From contig JAZKFH010000008.1 in assembly GCA_040386535.1 (NCBI GenBank), forward strand, positions 69,068 through 133,067: a DNA stretch of 64,000 nucleotides. The letters run 5' to 3'. The notes under the pieces were generated by a model. That model had not been told where the DNA came from and searched no databases. It worked only from the letters and a program-made list of their open reading frames with translations. The DNA is from Myxococcota bacterium (GTDB lineage Bacteria > Myxococcota_A > UBA796 > SXON01). A program made the position numbers and the translations under genes. Shown piece after piece: positions 46,818-58,110 of the stretch (within the stretch, counting starts at the first letter, position 1; each line of letters starts with the position of its first letter).

Positions 46818-47501
46818 GTGCCGAGAGACGTGCAAATCACCGCATGCCCACGAGACGGGCGTTGTTGTCTCGCCGAAAATAGCACGTTTGTTGAGAGCAT
46901 TCCTCCGGACCGCGTGCGGCGGGGCCAGCGAATGTGGCAGGCCGGAGACGCGGACGACTGGGTCTTCGTCCTATGCCAGGGGCTCGCCATGTCCTCGTAC
47001 CTGGACCCTTCGGGGGAGCAGCGCGTCGTGCAGCTGCACACCCGCGGCTCGGTGCTCGGGCTCCTGGAGCCGTTCGACGGCCGCCCGCGCGCCTTCGATG
47101 TGGACATCCTGGTGAGCGGATGGGGAATGAAGGTGCCCCGCGCCACGGTGCGGTCGGCGCTCGAGAGTGGGGGCGCGGGCGCGATGGGGGTGGTGAAGCT
47201 GATGGTGCACCTGCTCCACTCGTCGAACCGACGGGTGGCGGAGCTCGGCTACGGCTCGGTGGAGCAGCGCGTGGCGCGCATCCTCGTGCGGCTGGTCGAG
47301 AACTACGCGCTCGAGGACGCGCGCGGGCTGCTGGTGCCCGTCGCGCTCAGCAAGACCCACCTCGCCCAGCTGGTCGGCTGCCGCCTCGAGACGCTGGTGC
47401 GCACCCTCAAGCAGCCGGAGGTCCTCGCCGCGGTGTCGTTCCAGCGCGAGGGCTTCGTGGTCCTCGACGCGCCGGGCCTGCGCCGCCTCGCCGCGGCCTG
47501 A
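46818..47501 (+). CDS. Crp/Fnr family transcriptional regulator
   Basis: TAAGGAG SD before GTG; cNMP-like domain (RRGQRMWQAGD), SVEQRVARIL and HTH LSKTHLAQLVGCRLETLVRTL; N-terminal C-x5-CC. Confidence 0.88.
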   Translation: MPRDVQITACPRDGRCCLAENSTFVESIPPDRVRRGQRMWQAGDADDWVFVLCQGLAMSSYLDPSGEQRVVQLHTRGSVLGLLEPFDGRPRAFDVDILVSGWGMKVPRATVRSALESGGAGAMGVVKLMVHLLHSSNRRVAELGYGSVEQRVARILVRLVENYALEDARGLLVPVALSKTHLAQLVGCRLETLVRTLKQPEVLAAVSFQREGFVVLDAPGLRRLAAA

Positions 47502-47506
47502 AGCGG

Positions 47507-48508
47507 CTAGAACCCCGCCTGCATGTGCACCACGATCCCGTGCTCGGGGGCCTCGGGCGTGGCGTCGGCCCAGCTGCGCTCATAGGTCACGGCCACCGCC
47601 ACCTTGTCCAGGAAGTCCTTCTCCACGCCGCCGATGAGCAGCGTCTCGCCGTCATCCTCCGTCGCCATGTCCGGATCCCAGTGGTCGTACCGGACCACGA
47701 GCCCCGCGTACTTCGGAAGGCGCGGGTTGAGCGTGGCGGAGTAGCCGAAGCCGCTCACGTTGCCCTCCATCTTGCCGATGCCCTCGGCCCACACGAGCAG
47801 GCGCGGCATCTGGAAGCCGACGGCGCCCGCGTAGAGGAAGGTGGGGACGCCGGTGGTCGGGTGGCCGGAGTACGACGCGAACGCGGTGATGGGGAGCTCG
47901 CGATCCTCCATCTTGGCGAGCGGATCGACCGAGACGTGGGCCTGAACGGCCTTGCCGGCGTCGACCTCGACCTTGCCGTAGCCCTCGCCGTTCAGGAGGG
48001 ACAGGTTCCAGTCCACCAGCCCGTCGCCGTGTTTGCCGAGCAGGGCCACGCCGAGGTCGGCGGTCTCGACGAGGCCGGCGTTCTTGGCGAACGACTCGGT
48101 GATGTACCGGTTGCCGGAGAACGCGTCGTAGTAGGGGCTGTAGGGCGTGTCGATCATGCCCGCGCGGAGCTCGAGCGGCCCGAGGTCCTTGACCGCGAGG
48201 TACGCGTGCTTGACGAACACCCGGTACTTCGTGTCGAAGGTGGCCTCGGTGCCGTCCCCGAAGGCGAGGGGCTTCATCCGGTCGGCGTCGAGCGTGATGC
48301 GGGCCGCGAAGCGCTTGTTGATGGCGACATCGGTGCGGAGGTACACGCGATCGATCGCGAACGCGTTCGCCATCTCGGCGCCGTCCGTCAGATCGAACTG
48401 GTACCGGGCGAAGATCATGCCGCCCGGCTTGACCACGGGGAACTTGGGGGGCTCGACGGGAGCGTCGGCGGCATGGGCAATCGACAGGATCAACGCGAGA
48501 ATGGGCAT
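47507..48508 (-). CDS. Outer-membrane beta-barrel porin (phosphate-selective porin-like)
   Basis: Signal peptide; NAFAIDRVYL, FVKHAYL, ADLGVAL..NGEGY, VVRYDHWDPD; C-terminal Phe. Confidence 0.75.
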   Translation of the reverse strand: MPILALILSIAHAADAPVEPPKFPVVKPGGMIFARYQFDLTDGAEMANAFAIDRVYLRTDVAINKRFAARITLDADRMKPLAFGDGTEATFDTKYRVFVKHAYLAVKDLGPLELRAGMIDTPYSPYYDAFSGNRYITESFAKNAGLVETADLGVALLGKHGDGLVDWNLSLLNGEGYGKVEVDAGKAVQAHVSVDPLAKMEDRELPITAFASYSGHPTTGVPTFLYAGAVGFQMPRLLVWAEGIGKMEGNVSGFGYSATLNPRLPKYAGLVVRYDHWDPDMATEDDGETLLIGGVEKDFLDKVAVAVTYERSWADATPEAPEHGIVVHMQAGF

Positions 48509-48608
48509 ACGGGCTCCGAAGCGCCCTGGCCGTAACCAAGGCGTCCCCGGACGGTCACCCTCCTGAGACCAAGGTCACGTACTCGTCACGATCTCGGGAC
48601 GGGTCCGT

Positions 48609-48638
48609 GTCCTCTGTGCCGAGCCCGGCTCAGAGGAC
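48609..48638 (-). terminator. Hairpin just downstream of the ETF-QO gene
   Basis: gtcctctg/cagaggac stem plus inner gccg/cggc, 6 nt after the stop. Confidence 0.5.
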
Positions 48639-48644
48639 CGGGGC

Positions 48645-50330
48645 TCAGAGGATCCCGTACTCCGGCCCGTTGCCACCCTCGGGCGGCACCCAGGTGATGA
48701 TCTGGTACGGATCGCGGATGTCGCAGGTCTTGCAGTGCACGCAGTTCGAGAAGTCGATCTGCAGCTCGGCGCGCCCCGTCACCGGGTTGGGATGCATGTT
48801 GTAGACCTGGGCCGGGCAGAACCGGGTGCACGGGTTGCCGTACTCCTCGGCGCATTGCGTGGCGCAGATCTCACGGTCGACCACCTTCAGGTGCGCCGGC
48901 TGCTTCTCCTCGTGCTTGGTGCCCGAGTGGTACACGTCGGTCAGCTTGTCGACCAGGTACACGTTGTCGAAGACGAGCTCGTCCCGCTCGGGCATGCCCT
49001 TGTGCCCGTGCACGTGGGCGACCTTCTTCATGTGCTCGTAGTCCGCGTCGAAGGGCTTGATGTCCTTGCCGGGGCCGAACACCATCGCCATGCCGACGCT
49101 CGCCATGCCGCCGATCACGCCCTTGTCGAAGCCGGCGTGGAAGTTCTTGGCGGGCTCCATCTCCTCGCGGATCCAGCTGCCGTCGACCCGCTCCTTGTAC
49201 GCCGCGAGCACGGCCTCGGACGAGTCGCCCCGGCGGAGCGCGTCGAACGCGGTCTCGGCGGCCAACATGCCGGTCTTCATGGAGAGGTGGATGCCCTTGA
49301 TGCGGGCCGGGTTCAGGAAGCTCGCCGAGTCGCCGACGATCATCGCGCCGTCCGCGAAGAGCTTCGGGATCGACGCCCAGCCGCCCACGGTCACGGCCTT
49401 GGCGCCGTACTTCACGACCTTGCCCGCGCCGAGCTTCTTGCGCATGTACGGATGCGCCTTGAGCTTCTGCAAGAGGTAGTGCGCGTCCATCGCGGGGTCC
49501 TTCGCGCCGAGCTCGACGAGAAGGCCGATCGCGTACTTGTCGTCCGCCATCGCGTAGACGAAGGCGCCGCCGAAGGTGGAGAGATCGAGAGGATAGCCGA
49601 GGGTGAGGATGACCTCGCCCTTCTTGACCGTGCCCTTCGGCATCTCGATGACCTCCTTGACCCCGATCTCGTAGACCTGGGGCTGGGAGTCCTTGTCGAG
49701 GCCGAGGCGGTTGATGAGCTGCCGGGAGAGGGTGCCGCGCGGCCCCTCGCCGAGGATGGTCACCTTGGCCATGATGTCGATGCCGGCCTCGAAGGTCGCC
49801 TTGGGCTGCCCGTCGGGGCCGATGCCCTTGTCGCCCGTGCGGACGCCGACCACGCGGTCGCCTTCCCACAACAGCTGCACGCCGGCGAAGCCGGAGAACA
49901 GCATCAGCCCCTTCTCCTCGGCCTTTGCCGCCAGCCACTTCTGCAGCTTGGCGATGGAGATGATGGGGTTGCCGTGGTCCTCCATGCCAGGGGGCATGAG
50001 CGGCGCGGGGAACGCCATCGTCTTGGTGAGGACGACGAAGGTCTCCTCCTCGACGTAGCGCTCGACGAAAGGGGCGTCCTTCTGCCAGCCGGGGAGCAGC
50101 TCGTCGAGCGCGCGCGGGTCGAGCACGGCGCCGGAGATGGCGTGGCTGCCGATCTCGCTGCCCTTGTCCATCAGGGCGATGGTCGGCTCTTCCAGGCGGG
50201 TGCCGGGCCCGCCGGCGTCCACCGCGGCGTTGTGCGCCTGGATGAGATCCAGGAGGCGGATCGCCCCGGCGAGGCAGGCGGGGCCGCCTCCGACGAACAG
50301 GACATCCACGGGCATCGCTTCGCGTTGCAT
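48645..50330 (-). CDS. Electron transfer flavoprotein-quinone oxidoreductase
   Basis: VDVLFVGGGPA, IGSHAISGAV, GIHLSMKTGMLAAE; C-terminal CTRFCPAQVY and NCVHCKTCDIRDP.QIITWVPPEGG.GP. Confidence 0.95.
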   Translation of the reverse strand: MQREAMPVDVLFVGGGPACLAGAIRLLDLIQAHNAAVDAGGPGTRLEEPTIALMDKGSEIGSHAISGAVLDPRALDELLPGWQKDAPFVERYVEEETFVVLTKTMAFPAPLMPPGMEDHGNPIISIAKLQKWLAAKAEEKGLMLFSGFAGVQLLWEGDRVVGVRTGDKGIGPDGQPKATFEAGIDIMAKVTILGEGPRGTLSRQLINRLGLDKDSQPQVYEIGVKEVIEMPKGTVKKGEVILTLGYPLDLSTFGGAFVYAMADDKYAIGLLVELGAKDPAMDAHYLLQKLKAHPYMRKKLGAGKVVKYGAKAVTVGGWASIPKLFADGAMIVGDSASFLNPARIKGIHLSMKTGMLAAETAFDALRRGDSSEAVLAAYKERVDGSWIREEMEPAKNFHAGFDKGVIGGMASVGMAMVFGPGKDIKPFDADYEHMKKVAHVHGHKGMPERDELVFDNVYLVDKLTDVYHSGTKHEEKQPAHLKVVDREICATQCAEEYGNPCTRFCPAQVYNMHPNPVTGRAELQIDFSNCVHCKTCDIRDPYQIITWVPPEGGNGPEYGIL

Positions 50331-50447
50331 CTGGGCGGCTCCAATCTGAGAACTGAGGGGTCATTCACTAACGGGTCGCGGCCGTTCGGTCGACGTGTTC
50401 CCCCTGGCGGGCTAATCCGCAGGCCGTCTTTCCCTGGCCGCCGCCGC

Positions 50448-51092
50448 ATGTCCACCAAGCTCAAGATCCTCGCGTTCCTGACCACGTTCCTCGTGGTGAT
50501 CGACCAGATCACCAAGGTGTGGACCGTGCGGGCGCTCCGCTACAGCGGCCAGAACCTGACCGCGCACACGTGGAAGGGGCTCGAACAGCTCGGGTACGAC
50601 CGGGCAAATCCGGAAGAGATCCAGATCATCCCCGGGTTCCTGTCGCTCATCCACGCCCAGAACCCGGGCGCCGCGATGGGCATGCTGGTGAGCTTCGAGC
50701 ACCGGATGTGGGTGTTCCTGGTGTTCACCATCGTCGCCGTCGGCGTGCTGGTGAGCATGTACCGGCAGCTCCCCGACAACGACCGCTTCCAGTCCGCCAC
50801 GATCGCGCTCATCCTCTCGGGCGCCGTCGGCAACGCGATCGATCGCGTGCACAAGCAGACCGTGACCGACTTCATCCGCGTCTACACCGACGCGCCCGCG
50901 GCCAAGGCGTGGCTGATCGACACCTTCCGCACCGCCGAGTGGCCCACGTTCAACGTGGCGGACGCCGCGATCGTGGTCGGGGTCGCGATGTACCTCATCC
51001 AGTACCTCGTGTTCGAGCGCGACAAGGACATCGGCAACGCCGGCAAGAGCCCGCTGGACGACGCCGAGGGAACACCCGGCGCCCGCTCGTAG
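50448..51092 (+). CDS. lspA: Lipoprotein signal peptidase II
   Basis: VIDQITK, NPGAAMG, GAVGNAIDR, VTDFI and WPTFNVADAAI. Confidence 0.95.
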   Translation: MSTKLKILAFLTTFLVVIDQITKVWTVRALRYSGQNLTAHTWKGLEQLGYDRANPEEIQIIPGFLSLIHAQNPGAAMGMLVSFEHRMWVFLVFTIVAVGVLVSMYRQLPDNDRFQSATIALILSGAVGNAIDRVHKQTVTDFIRVYTDAPAAKAWLIDTFRTAEWPTFNVADAAIVVGVAMYLIQYLVFERDKDIGNAGKSPLDDAEGTPGARS

Positions 51093-51098
51093 TTTCGG

Positions 51099-51932
51099 GT
51101 GCACCCCATCCTGTTCACGGTCGGGGGCCTGGAGGTGCACACCTACGGCGTCATGGCCGCGGTGGGGTTCCTGTTCGGCGTGACCGGGGCGGCGATCCTC
51201 GGGAGTCGCCCGGGCCCGAGTGGGCGCTCCGAGGGCGATCTCTCGTGGGACTTCTTGTGGGACCTCGCCATCGTCCTCATCGTCGGCGCGGTGGTCGGCT
51301 CCCGGCTGGAGTACGTGCGCACCCGGTGGGCCAAGTACGCCGCGGCCCCGATGGAGATCCTGGATTTGCGCGACGGCGGCCTGGTCTTCTACGGCGGGCT
51401 GATCGGGGCCGTGCTCTCCGCGCTGCTCTTCATCCGGTGGCGTCGCAAGCCGGTGTGGCGGGTGCTCGACCTGTACGCGCCCTTCATCGTGTTGGGGCAC
51501 GCGTTCGGGCGGATCGGCTGCTTCGCCGCGGGCTGTTGTTACGGCGCGCCGACGGATGTGCCCTGGGCGGTCGTGTACCCGATGGGCGGCAAGCCCCCCG
51601 GCGGCGTGCCCCTTCACCCGACCCAGCTCTACGAGGTGCTCACCAACGTGCTCGTCGGGGCCGTGCTGCTGGGAGTGCGGGCGCGGGGGCCGCGCGGCGG
51701 GGCGACCAACGGCGAGGGGCTGACCTTCGCCGCGCTGTTGGTCCTGTACCCGGCGTTCCGCGTCGTGAACGAGCTGTTCCGGGGGGACGGCATCCGGGGC
51801 TACGTGGCCGGGGGCGTCACCAACGGGCAGGCGATCTCGGCGGCGTTGTTCGCCGCGGGGCTTGTGCTCTTGTGGACGCGCTGGCCGAGGCCCGGATCGG
51901 GGCCCAAGCCGGGCGTCAATACTGCGCGGTGA
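51099..51932 (+). CDS. lgt: Prolipoprotein diacylglyceryl transferase
   Basis: MHPILF, VGSRLEYV, GGLVFYGG, GRIGCFAAGCCYG and HPTQLYE. Confidence 0.95.
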   Translation: MHPILFTVGGLEVHTYGVMAAVGFLFGVTGAAILGSRPGPSGRSEGDLSWDFLWDLAIVLIVGAVVGSRLEYVRTRWAKYAAAPMEILDLRDGGLVFYGGLIGAVLSALLFIRWRRKPVWRVLDLYAPFIVLGHAFGRIGCFAAGCCYGAPTDVPWAVVYPMGGKPPGGVPLHPTQLYEVLTNVLVGAVLLGVRARGPRGGATNGEGLTFAALLVLYPAFRVVNELFRGDGIRGYVAGGVTNGQAISAALFAAGLVLLWTRWPRPGSGPKPGVNTAR

Positions 51933-52551
51933 GCTCGATCGTGTCGATGCGGGCGTGATCCCCCGCGGGCTCGATGCGCGCGAGGGTGACCTTCCCGCTG
52001 CTCACCGCCATGACGACGAGCCCCTGGTCGGCGAGGATGCTGCCGGGAGACACCACGCGCTCCTCCCCGGAGGAGAGCCCCAGGATGGCGCGTGGCGGCT
52101 GGGCCTGGGGGAGCGTGGAGACGAGGCGGACGGGCCACTGCACTTGTGACGGCAGGCCGACGGGCGGCGGCGCGGGAGGCTCGACCGGCGGGGCCACGGC
52201 GGCGACGGGCTCCGCGGCGTCGAGCGCGGCGGGATCGACCCCGGCGGCGGTGACCATGCCGGTGGCGAGGTCACCCACGGCGAGCTCCTCGCTCGAGAGG
52301 ATCAGCGGCGGCTCGGAGGGGAAGGCGAACGCCGGGTCGACGGGGGCGGTGCCGGCGGGGGCGGTGCCGGCCGGGGTCGTGCCGTCCGCGGCGGGGGCGC
52401 CGGCCACGGCGGCGGGGCGCGGCGCGGGCGCGAAGATGTCACCACGGCTCTCCATCGGCTCACAAGCCGGGAGCGCGGCGCCGAAACACGCGACCGCCGC
52501 CAGGAGCCGGAGCCACGCAGGGGCGATGGAATCAGTGCGGTCGGACGACAT
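51916..52551 (-). CDS. Putative lipoprotein with C-terminal PilP/GspC-HR-like beta domain
   Basis: ALPAC lipobox-like; Pro/Ala linker; VRLVSTL....PRAILGLSSGEERVVSPGSIL. Confidence 0.55.
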   Translation of the reverse strand: MSSDRTDSIAPAWLRLLAAVACFGAALPACEPMESRGDIFAPAPRPAAVAGAPAADGTTPAGTAPAGTAPVDPAFAFPSEPPLILSSEELAVGDLATGMVTAAGVDPAALDAAEPVAAVAPPVEPPAPPPVGLPSQVQWPVRLVSTLPQAQPPRAILGLSSGEERVVSPGSILADQGLVVMAVSSGKVTLARIEPAGDHARIDTIELTAQY

Positions 52552-52563
52552 CCGGGTAGTCTA

Positions 52564-53067
52564 ATGGGCCAGGCGAGGTGGGGCGTAGACCAGTGGCTGT
52601 TGTTCGCGGTCGGGTTCGGCGCCGCCACGTGCTTGTGGATCGGCCTGGCCTGGATCCCACGCCGCCTCGCCCCGGTGAACGCCTTGCGCGCGTTCGCGTC
52701 GGCGCGTGGCGCGCGGGTGCGCGGCGACGGTCGCGTGGAGCCCCTGTCCATCCTCGGGGTCGCGCGCGGGCGCCCGTTCACCGTGACGTGGCAGCGCCCC
52801 GCCGGCGGCGGTGACGTGCTGCTGGTCGGCGTGGACTGCCGCGTGCCCGACGGCGCGGTGCCGGTCGACGGGGCGGCCGGTGGGGACGGCGACGGGGAGG
52901 CCGACGGGGTGACCGCCGCGGAGGGGGACGCCCTGGTCACGCGGTGGGTGCGCCCCGGCGCGGACGTGCTCGATCCGGCGCGCCTCGGCGCCCTGGTGGA
53001 CGCGCTCGCGCAGATGGCGGAAGAGCTGGAGGCGGCCCACCCCGCGTTCGAGGGCGAGCCGGACTGA
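52564..53067 (+). CDS. Hypothetical membrane-anchored protein
   Basis: N-terminal TM (WLLFAVGFGAATCLWIGLAWI); fills the gap between neighbours. Confidence 0.55.
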   Translation: MGQARWGVDQWLLFAVGFGAATCLWIGLAWIPRRLAPVNALRAFASARGARVRGDGRVEPLSILGVARGRPFTVTWQRPAGGGDVLLVGVDCRVPDGAVPVDGAAGGDGDGEADGVTAAEGDALVTRWVRPGADVLDPARLGALVDALAQMAEELEAAHPAFEGEPD

Positions 53068-53078
53068 TCACCCCAGGA

Positions 53079-53642
53079 TCACGGCGCCGCCTCGATCCTG
53101 GCGTGGGTCGCGGTCGCGTCGGCGGGGCCCACGAAGTGGAGGACGCGGAACGGCGCGGTGTCGTCGTCGGCGCCGCCGATCTGCAACCCCGCCTCCCAGC
53201 GCCCCTCCAGCCACACCGCGCACACCCGCGGCCCCACGGGGCAGACGCGGCGCAGGTGGTCGATGAGCGCGACGCCGAGCGCGCTGTCGTCCAGCCGCAC
53301 CTCGATCGGGCCGCCGGGCGCCGCGGTCGTCGCGTCCGTCGTAGCATTCGCCGCCGCCGCGGGGGCCTCGGTGCCAAGCCACGCGCGCGTTCCGCCGCCG
53401 CGCAGGTCGTTGTCGAAGTCGACCACGACGGGCAGCTGGAGCAGGTGCGCGCGGTTCGCCTCGAGCCACGCGAGCAGCCCGGGATCGGCGATCGCGGGCC
53501 CGTCGACGAAGGGGACATCGACGTGGGGCGTCTTGTTGCCGGGCATGGCGCCCTCCGGGGTCGAATCGGCGGGGAGCAGGATGGCGGATCGCCCCGCGCA
53601 GCCGACGAGGAGGAGCAGGGGGACGGCGTGGAGGGCGCGCAT
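53079..53642 (-). CDS. Hypothetical lipoprotein
   Basis: MRALHAVPLLLLVGC lipobox at ATG 53642. Confidence 0.65.
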   Translation of the reverse strand: MRALHAVPLLLLVGCAGRSAILLPADSTPEGAMPGNKTPHVDVPFVDGPAIADPGLLAWLEANRAHLLQLPVVVDFDNDLRGGGTRAWLGTEAPAAAANATTDATTAAPGGPIEVRLDDSALGVALIDHLRRVCPVGPRVCAVWLEGRWEAGLQIGGADDDTAPFRVLHFVGPADATATHARIEAAP

Positions 53643-53682
53643 CCGAGTTCTTAGCACCGGCGGCAACGGATAGAGGTGCGCC

Positions 53683-54414
53683 ATGTGTCTGGTCCTCGTC
53701 GCCTGGCAGGCTCACCCCCGGTACCCGCTCGTGGTCGCCGCCAATCGCGACGAATGGCGCGAGCGTCCGACCGAGCCCCTGCACCGCTGGGAGGACGGGT
53801 TGTGGGCGGGGCGCGACCGGCTCGGGGGCGGCACCTGGATGGCGGTGCGGCGCGACGGCGCCTTCGCCGCCACGACCAACTTCCGCGAGCCGGGCCTGGC
53901 ACGGGGCGCGCGCTCCCGCGGCGAATTGCCGCTGCGCGTGCTCCGCGCGCCCGGCATCGCCGCGGGGATGCGCGACGTGGGCGACGACGCGGCCGCGTAC
54001 GGCGGGTTCCACGTCCTCGCGGCCGACCGCGAGGGGCTCTGGCACCAGAGCAGCCGCGGCGAGCGGGTCACGCAGCTCGACGCCGGCCTGCACGGCGTGT
54101 CGAACGGGCCCCGCGCCGTCGCGTGGCCCAAGGTGCACAGCGGCCTCGCGGCCCTCGCCGAGGCGCTCACCCCCGACGAGCCCGATGTGGACGCGCTCTT
54201 CGCGCTCCTCCAGGACCGCGAGCAGCCGCCCGACCTGCTGCTCCCCGACACCGGCGTCGGCCTCGACATGGAGCGCGCGCTCGGCGCCCGGTTCATCGAT
54301 CTGGGGACCTACGGCACGCGGTCGAGCACGGTGGTGCTCGTCGGCGAGCGCGTGCGCGTGGTCGAGCGCACGTGGGACCCGGGCGGGGGCGTGGTGGACG
54401 TGTGGGTGAGCTGA
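53683..54414 (+). CDS. NRDE/TANGO2 family protein
   Basis: MCL..., VVAANRDE, AGRD..GGTW, SRGELP and YGTRSST. Confidence 0.93.
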   Translation: MCLVLVAWQAHPRYPLVVAANRDEWRERPTEPLHRWEDGLWAGRDRLGGGTWMAVRRDGAFAATTNFREPGLARGARSRGELPLRVLRAPGIAAGMRDVGDDAAAYGGFHVLAADREGLWHQSSRGERVTQLDAGLHGVSNGPRAVAWPKVHSGLAALAEALTPDEPDVDALFALLQDREQPPDLLLPDTGVGLDMERALGARFIDLGTYGTRSSTVVLVGERVRVVERTWDPGGGVVDVWVS

Positions 54415-54421
54415 CCCCGGC

Positions 54422-55996
54422 CTACCGGCAGGCGAGGTCGAACGTTCCGGCGCGCAACACGACGGTGTCGCGGTCGAGCGCGGCCTCGTCACCGGTGCCG
54501 AGCTTGCCCTGGTCGTTGCTGCCCCAACACGCGAGCGAGCCGTCGTTGTACACGCCGCAGACCGAGTCCGTGTAGTAGTTGTAGGCGATGGCGACGACCG
54601 GCATGTCGGTCAGGCGCGCGGTCGTGGTGCTGCGGGAGGGATCGCGGGGATCCGTCTCGTACAGGTACACCGCGCCGTCGTCCTCCAGCCACACGATCGC
54701 CTCGGCGCGGTCGGTGCCCTCGACGTAGCCGCCGTCGACCACGTGGCCGCGCGTCCCGAGCACGGTGCGGCCGCAGGTGAGCCCGCCCTCGTCCACCACA
54801 CACTCGGCCCGGCCCTGGGACGCGCGCCACACGCTGGTGTCGTCGATGTTCTCGCTGCCGAAGGTGTCGACCCACACGCTCGAGGCGGGGCCACGGTCGA
54901 CGGTCAGGGGAGTGGTGCCGTAGCCGTACCCGGTGCACCACACCGAGTCGCTGCCGTCGATCGCGCAGTAGCTGTCGGAGGTGCCCGTCGCGATGCGCTC
55001 GACACCGGTGGCGCCGCCCACCCACCCGGTCCACGCGCGGTTCGGATCGGTGGTGCCGTTCCCGAGCTGGCCGGAGTAATTCCAGTAGCCGAGGCACGTC
55101 GGGCTCCCGTCGGCCACCGCACACGCGGTGTTGCCCTCCTCGATGTTCCACGTGGCCGTCACGATCACCTGGGTGGCCGCGCGCACGCCGGTCGCGACGA
55201 AGCTGGTGCCGTACGTCTCGGAGTAGACGCGGCCGGCGCAGAGGAGCTCCTCGCTGCTGTCGACGTAGCAGACGGCCTGGTCGCCCATGGCGAGGGCCAC
55301 GTGGGCCGCGCACGTGCCGCCCGCGCTGTCGAGGAACTCCGTCTGCACGCCCTGCCACATGAACGACTCGGCGGAGGGGGCCACCGGGAACACGGCGGAG
55401 GACGAGTCGCACACGGTGTCGGCGCCGTCGCAGTCGCCGTCGATGCGGTCGCCGCAGGTGTCGGGGGCGCCGGGGTACACCGAGGCCGACGTGTCGTCGC
55501 AGTCCGTCGCGTCGAACACGAAACCGGTGGTGTCGCAGACCAGCGCGGTGAACGTCGCGTCGCCAAAAGTGTCGCCGTCGGCGTCCGCGTAGGCGGTCAC
55601 GGCGTCGGTGACCGAGTCGTCCGCGAGGTCGACCATCGTGTCGCAGTCGTTGTCGACGCCGTCGCAGATCTCGACGCCGTCGGGATGGACGGTGGCGTTG
55701 GTGTCGTCACAGTCGTAGCCCGCGGCGTAGCCGTCGCCGTCCTCATCGACCCGCACGTCGGTGTCCGTGTCCGTGTCGGTGTCCGTATCGGTGTCGGTGT
55801 CCGTGTCGGTGTCGGTGTCGGTGTCCGTGTCCGTGTCCGTATCGGTGTCCGTCTCGGTGTCGGTGTCGGTGTCGTCGAGGTCGTTCCCGCCGGTGTCGTC
55901 GGCCTTGTCGGCGTCCTCTCCGGTGCAGCCCACGAGGGCGAGCGAGGCGAGGACGAGCGAGGAGCGGGCGAACGAGGCGAGGAGCGAGCGCGTCAT
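54422..55996 (-). CDS. Lipoprotein with (DT)n linker, metal-binding repeats and RCC1-like C-terminal domain
   Basis: LALVGC lipobox; DCDDTNATVHPDGVEICDGVDNDCD; CLGYWNYSGQLGNG and ACWGSNDQGKLGTG. Confidence 0.85.
   Translation of the reverse strand: MTRSLLASFARSSLVLASLALVGCTGEDADKADDTGGNDLDDTDTDTETDTDTDTDTDTDTDTDTDTDTDTDTDTDTDTDVRVDEDGDGYAAGYDCDDTNATVHPDGVEICDGVDNDCDTMVDLADDSVTDAVTAYADADGDTFGDATFTALVCDTTGFVFDATDCDDTSASVYPGAPDTCGDRIDGDCDGADTVCDSSSAVFPVAPSAESFMWQGVQTEFLDSAGGTCAAHVALAMGDQAVCYVDSSEELLCAGRVYSETYGTSFVATGVRAATQVIVTATWNIEEGNTACAVADGSPTCLGYWNYSGQLGNGTTDPNRAWTGWVGGATGVERIATGTSDSYCAIDGSDSVWCTGYGYGTTPLTVDRGPASSVWVDTFGSENIDDTSVWRASQGRAECVVDEGGLTCGRTVLGTRGHVVDGGYVEGTDRAEAIVWLEDDGAVYLYETDPRDPSRSTTTARLTDMPVVAIAYNYYTDSVCGVYNDGSLACWGSNDQGKLGTGDEAALDRDTVVLRAGTFDLACR
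55757..55873. repeat. Hexanucleotide microsatellite (gtgtcg/gtgtcc)n encoding an Asp-Thr run
   Basis: Roughly 19 consecutive 6-bp units, in frame. Confidence 0.9.
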
Positions 55997-56134
55997 GAAA
56001 CCATCCGGGGGCCCGGAGTCTAACGTAGGGAGCGTGCAGACGCGCGCCCGGTCGCGCCCGGCCCCGCGCGGCCGTCGTGTGGCGCGTTTGTCAGGAATCG
56101 GCCTCGAACCTTTCACCCGTATGTCGGCCTGCCG

Positions 56135-58012
<1,878 letters not shown>

Positions 58013-58110
58013 GGGTCGGAAGCCGGGGTTGGGCGACCACGAGGGGCGCGGTGCCCGGCGCCAGAGCGCGCCGACCGCGCCCGGTCGGCACAGGCGGGTT
58101 GGGAGAGGCG

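Noticed and set aside
45984..46900. Locally lower GC as evidence of a mobile element or recent horizontal transfer
   Set aside because: No integrase, transposase, tRNA or flanking direct repeats are seen. The shift is modest, was not quantified, and partly reflects promoter DNA.
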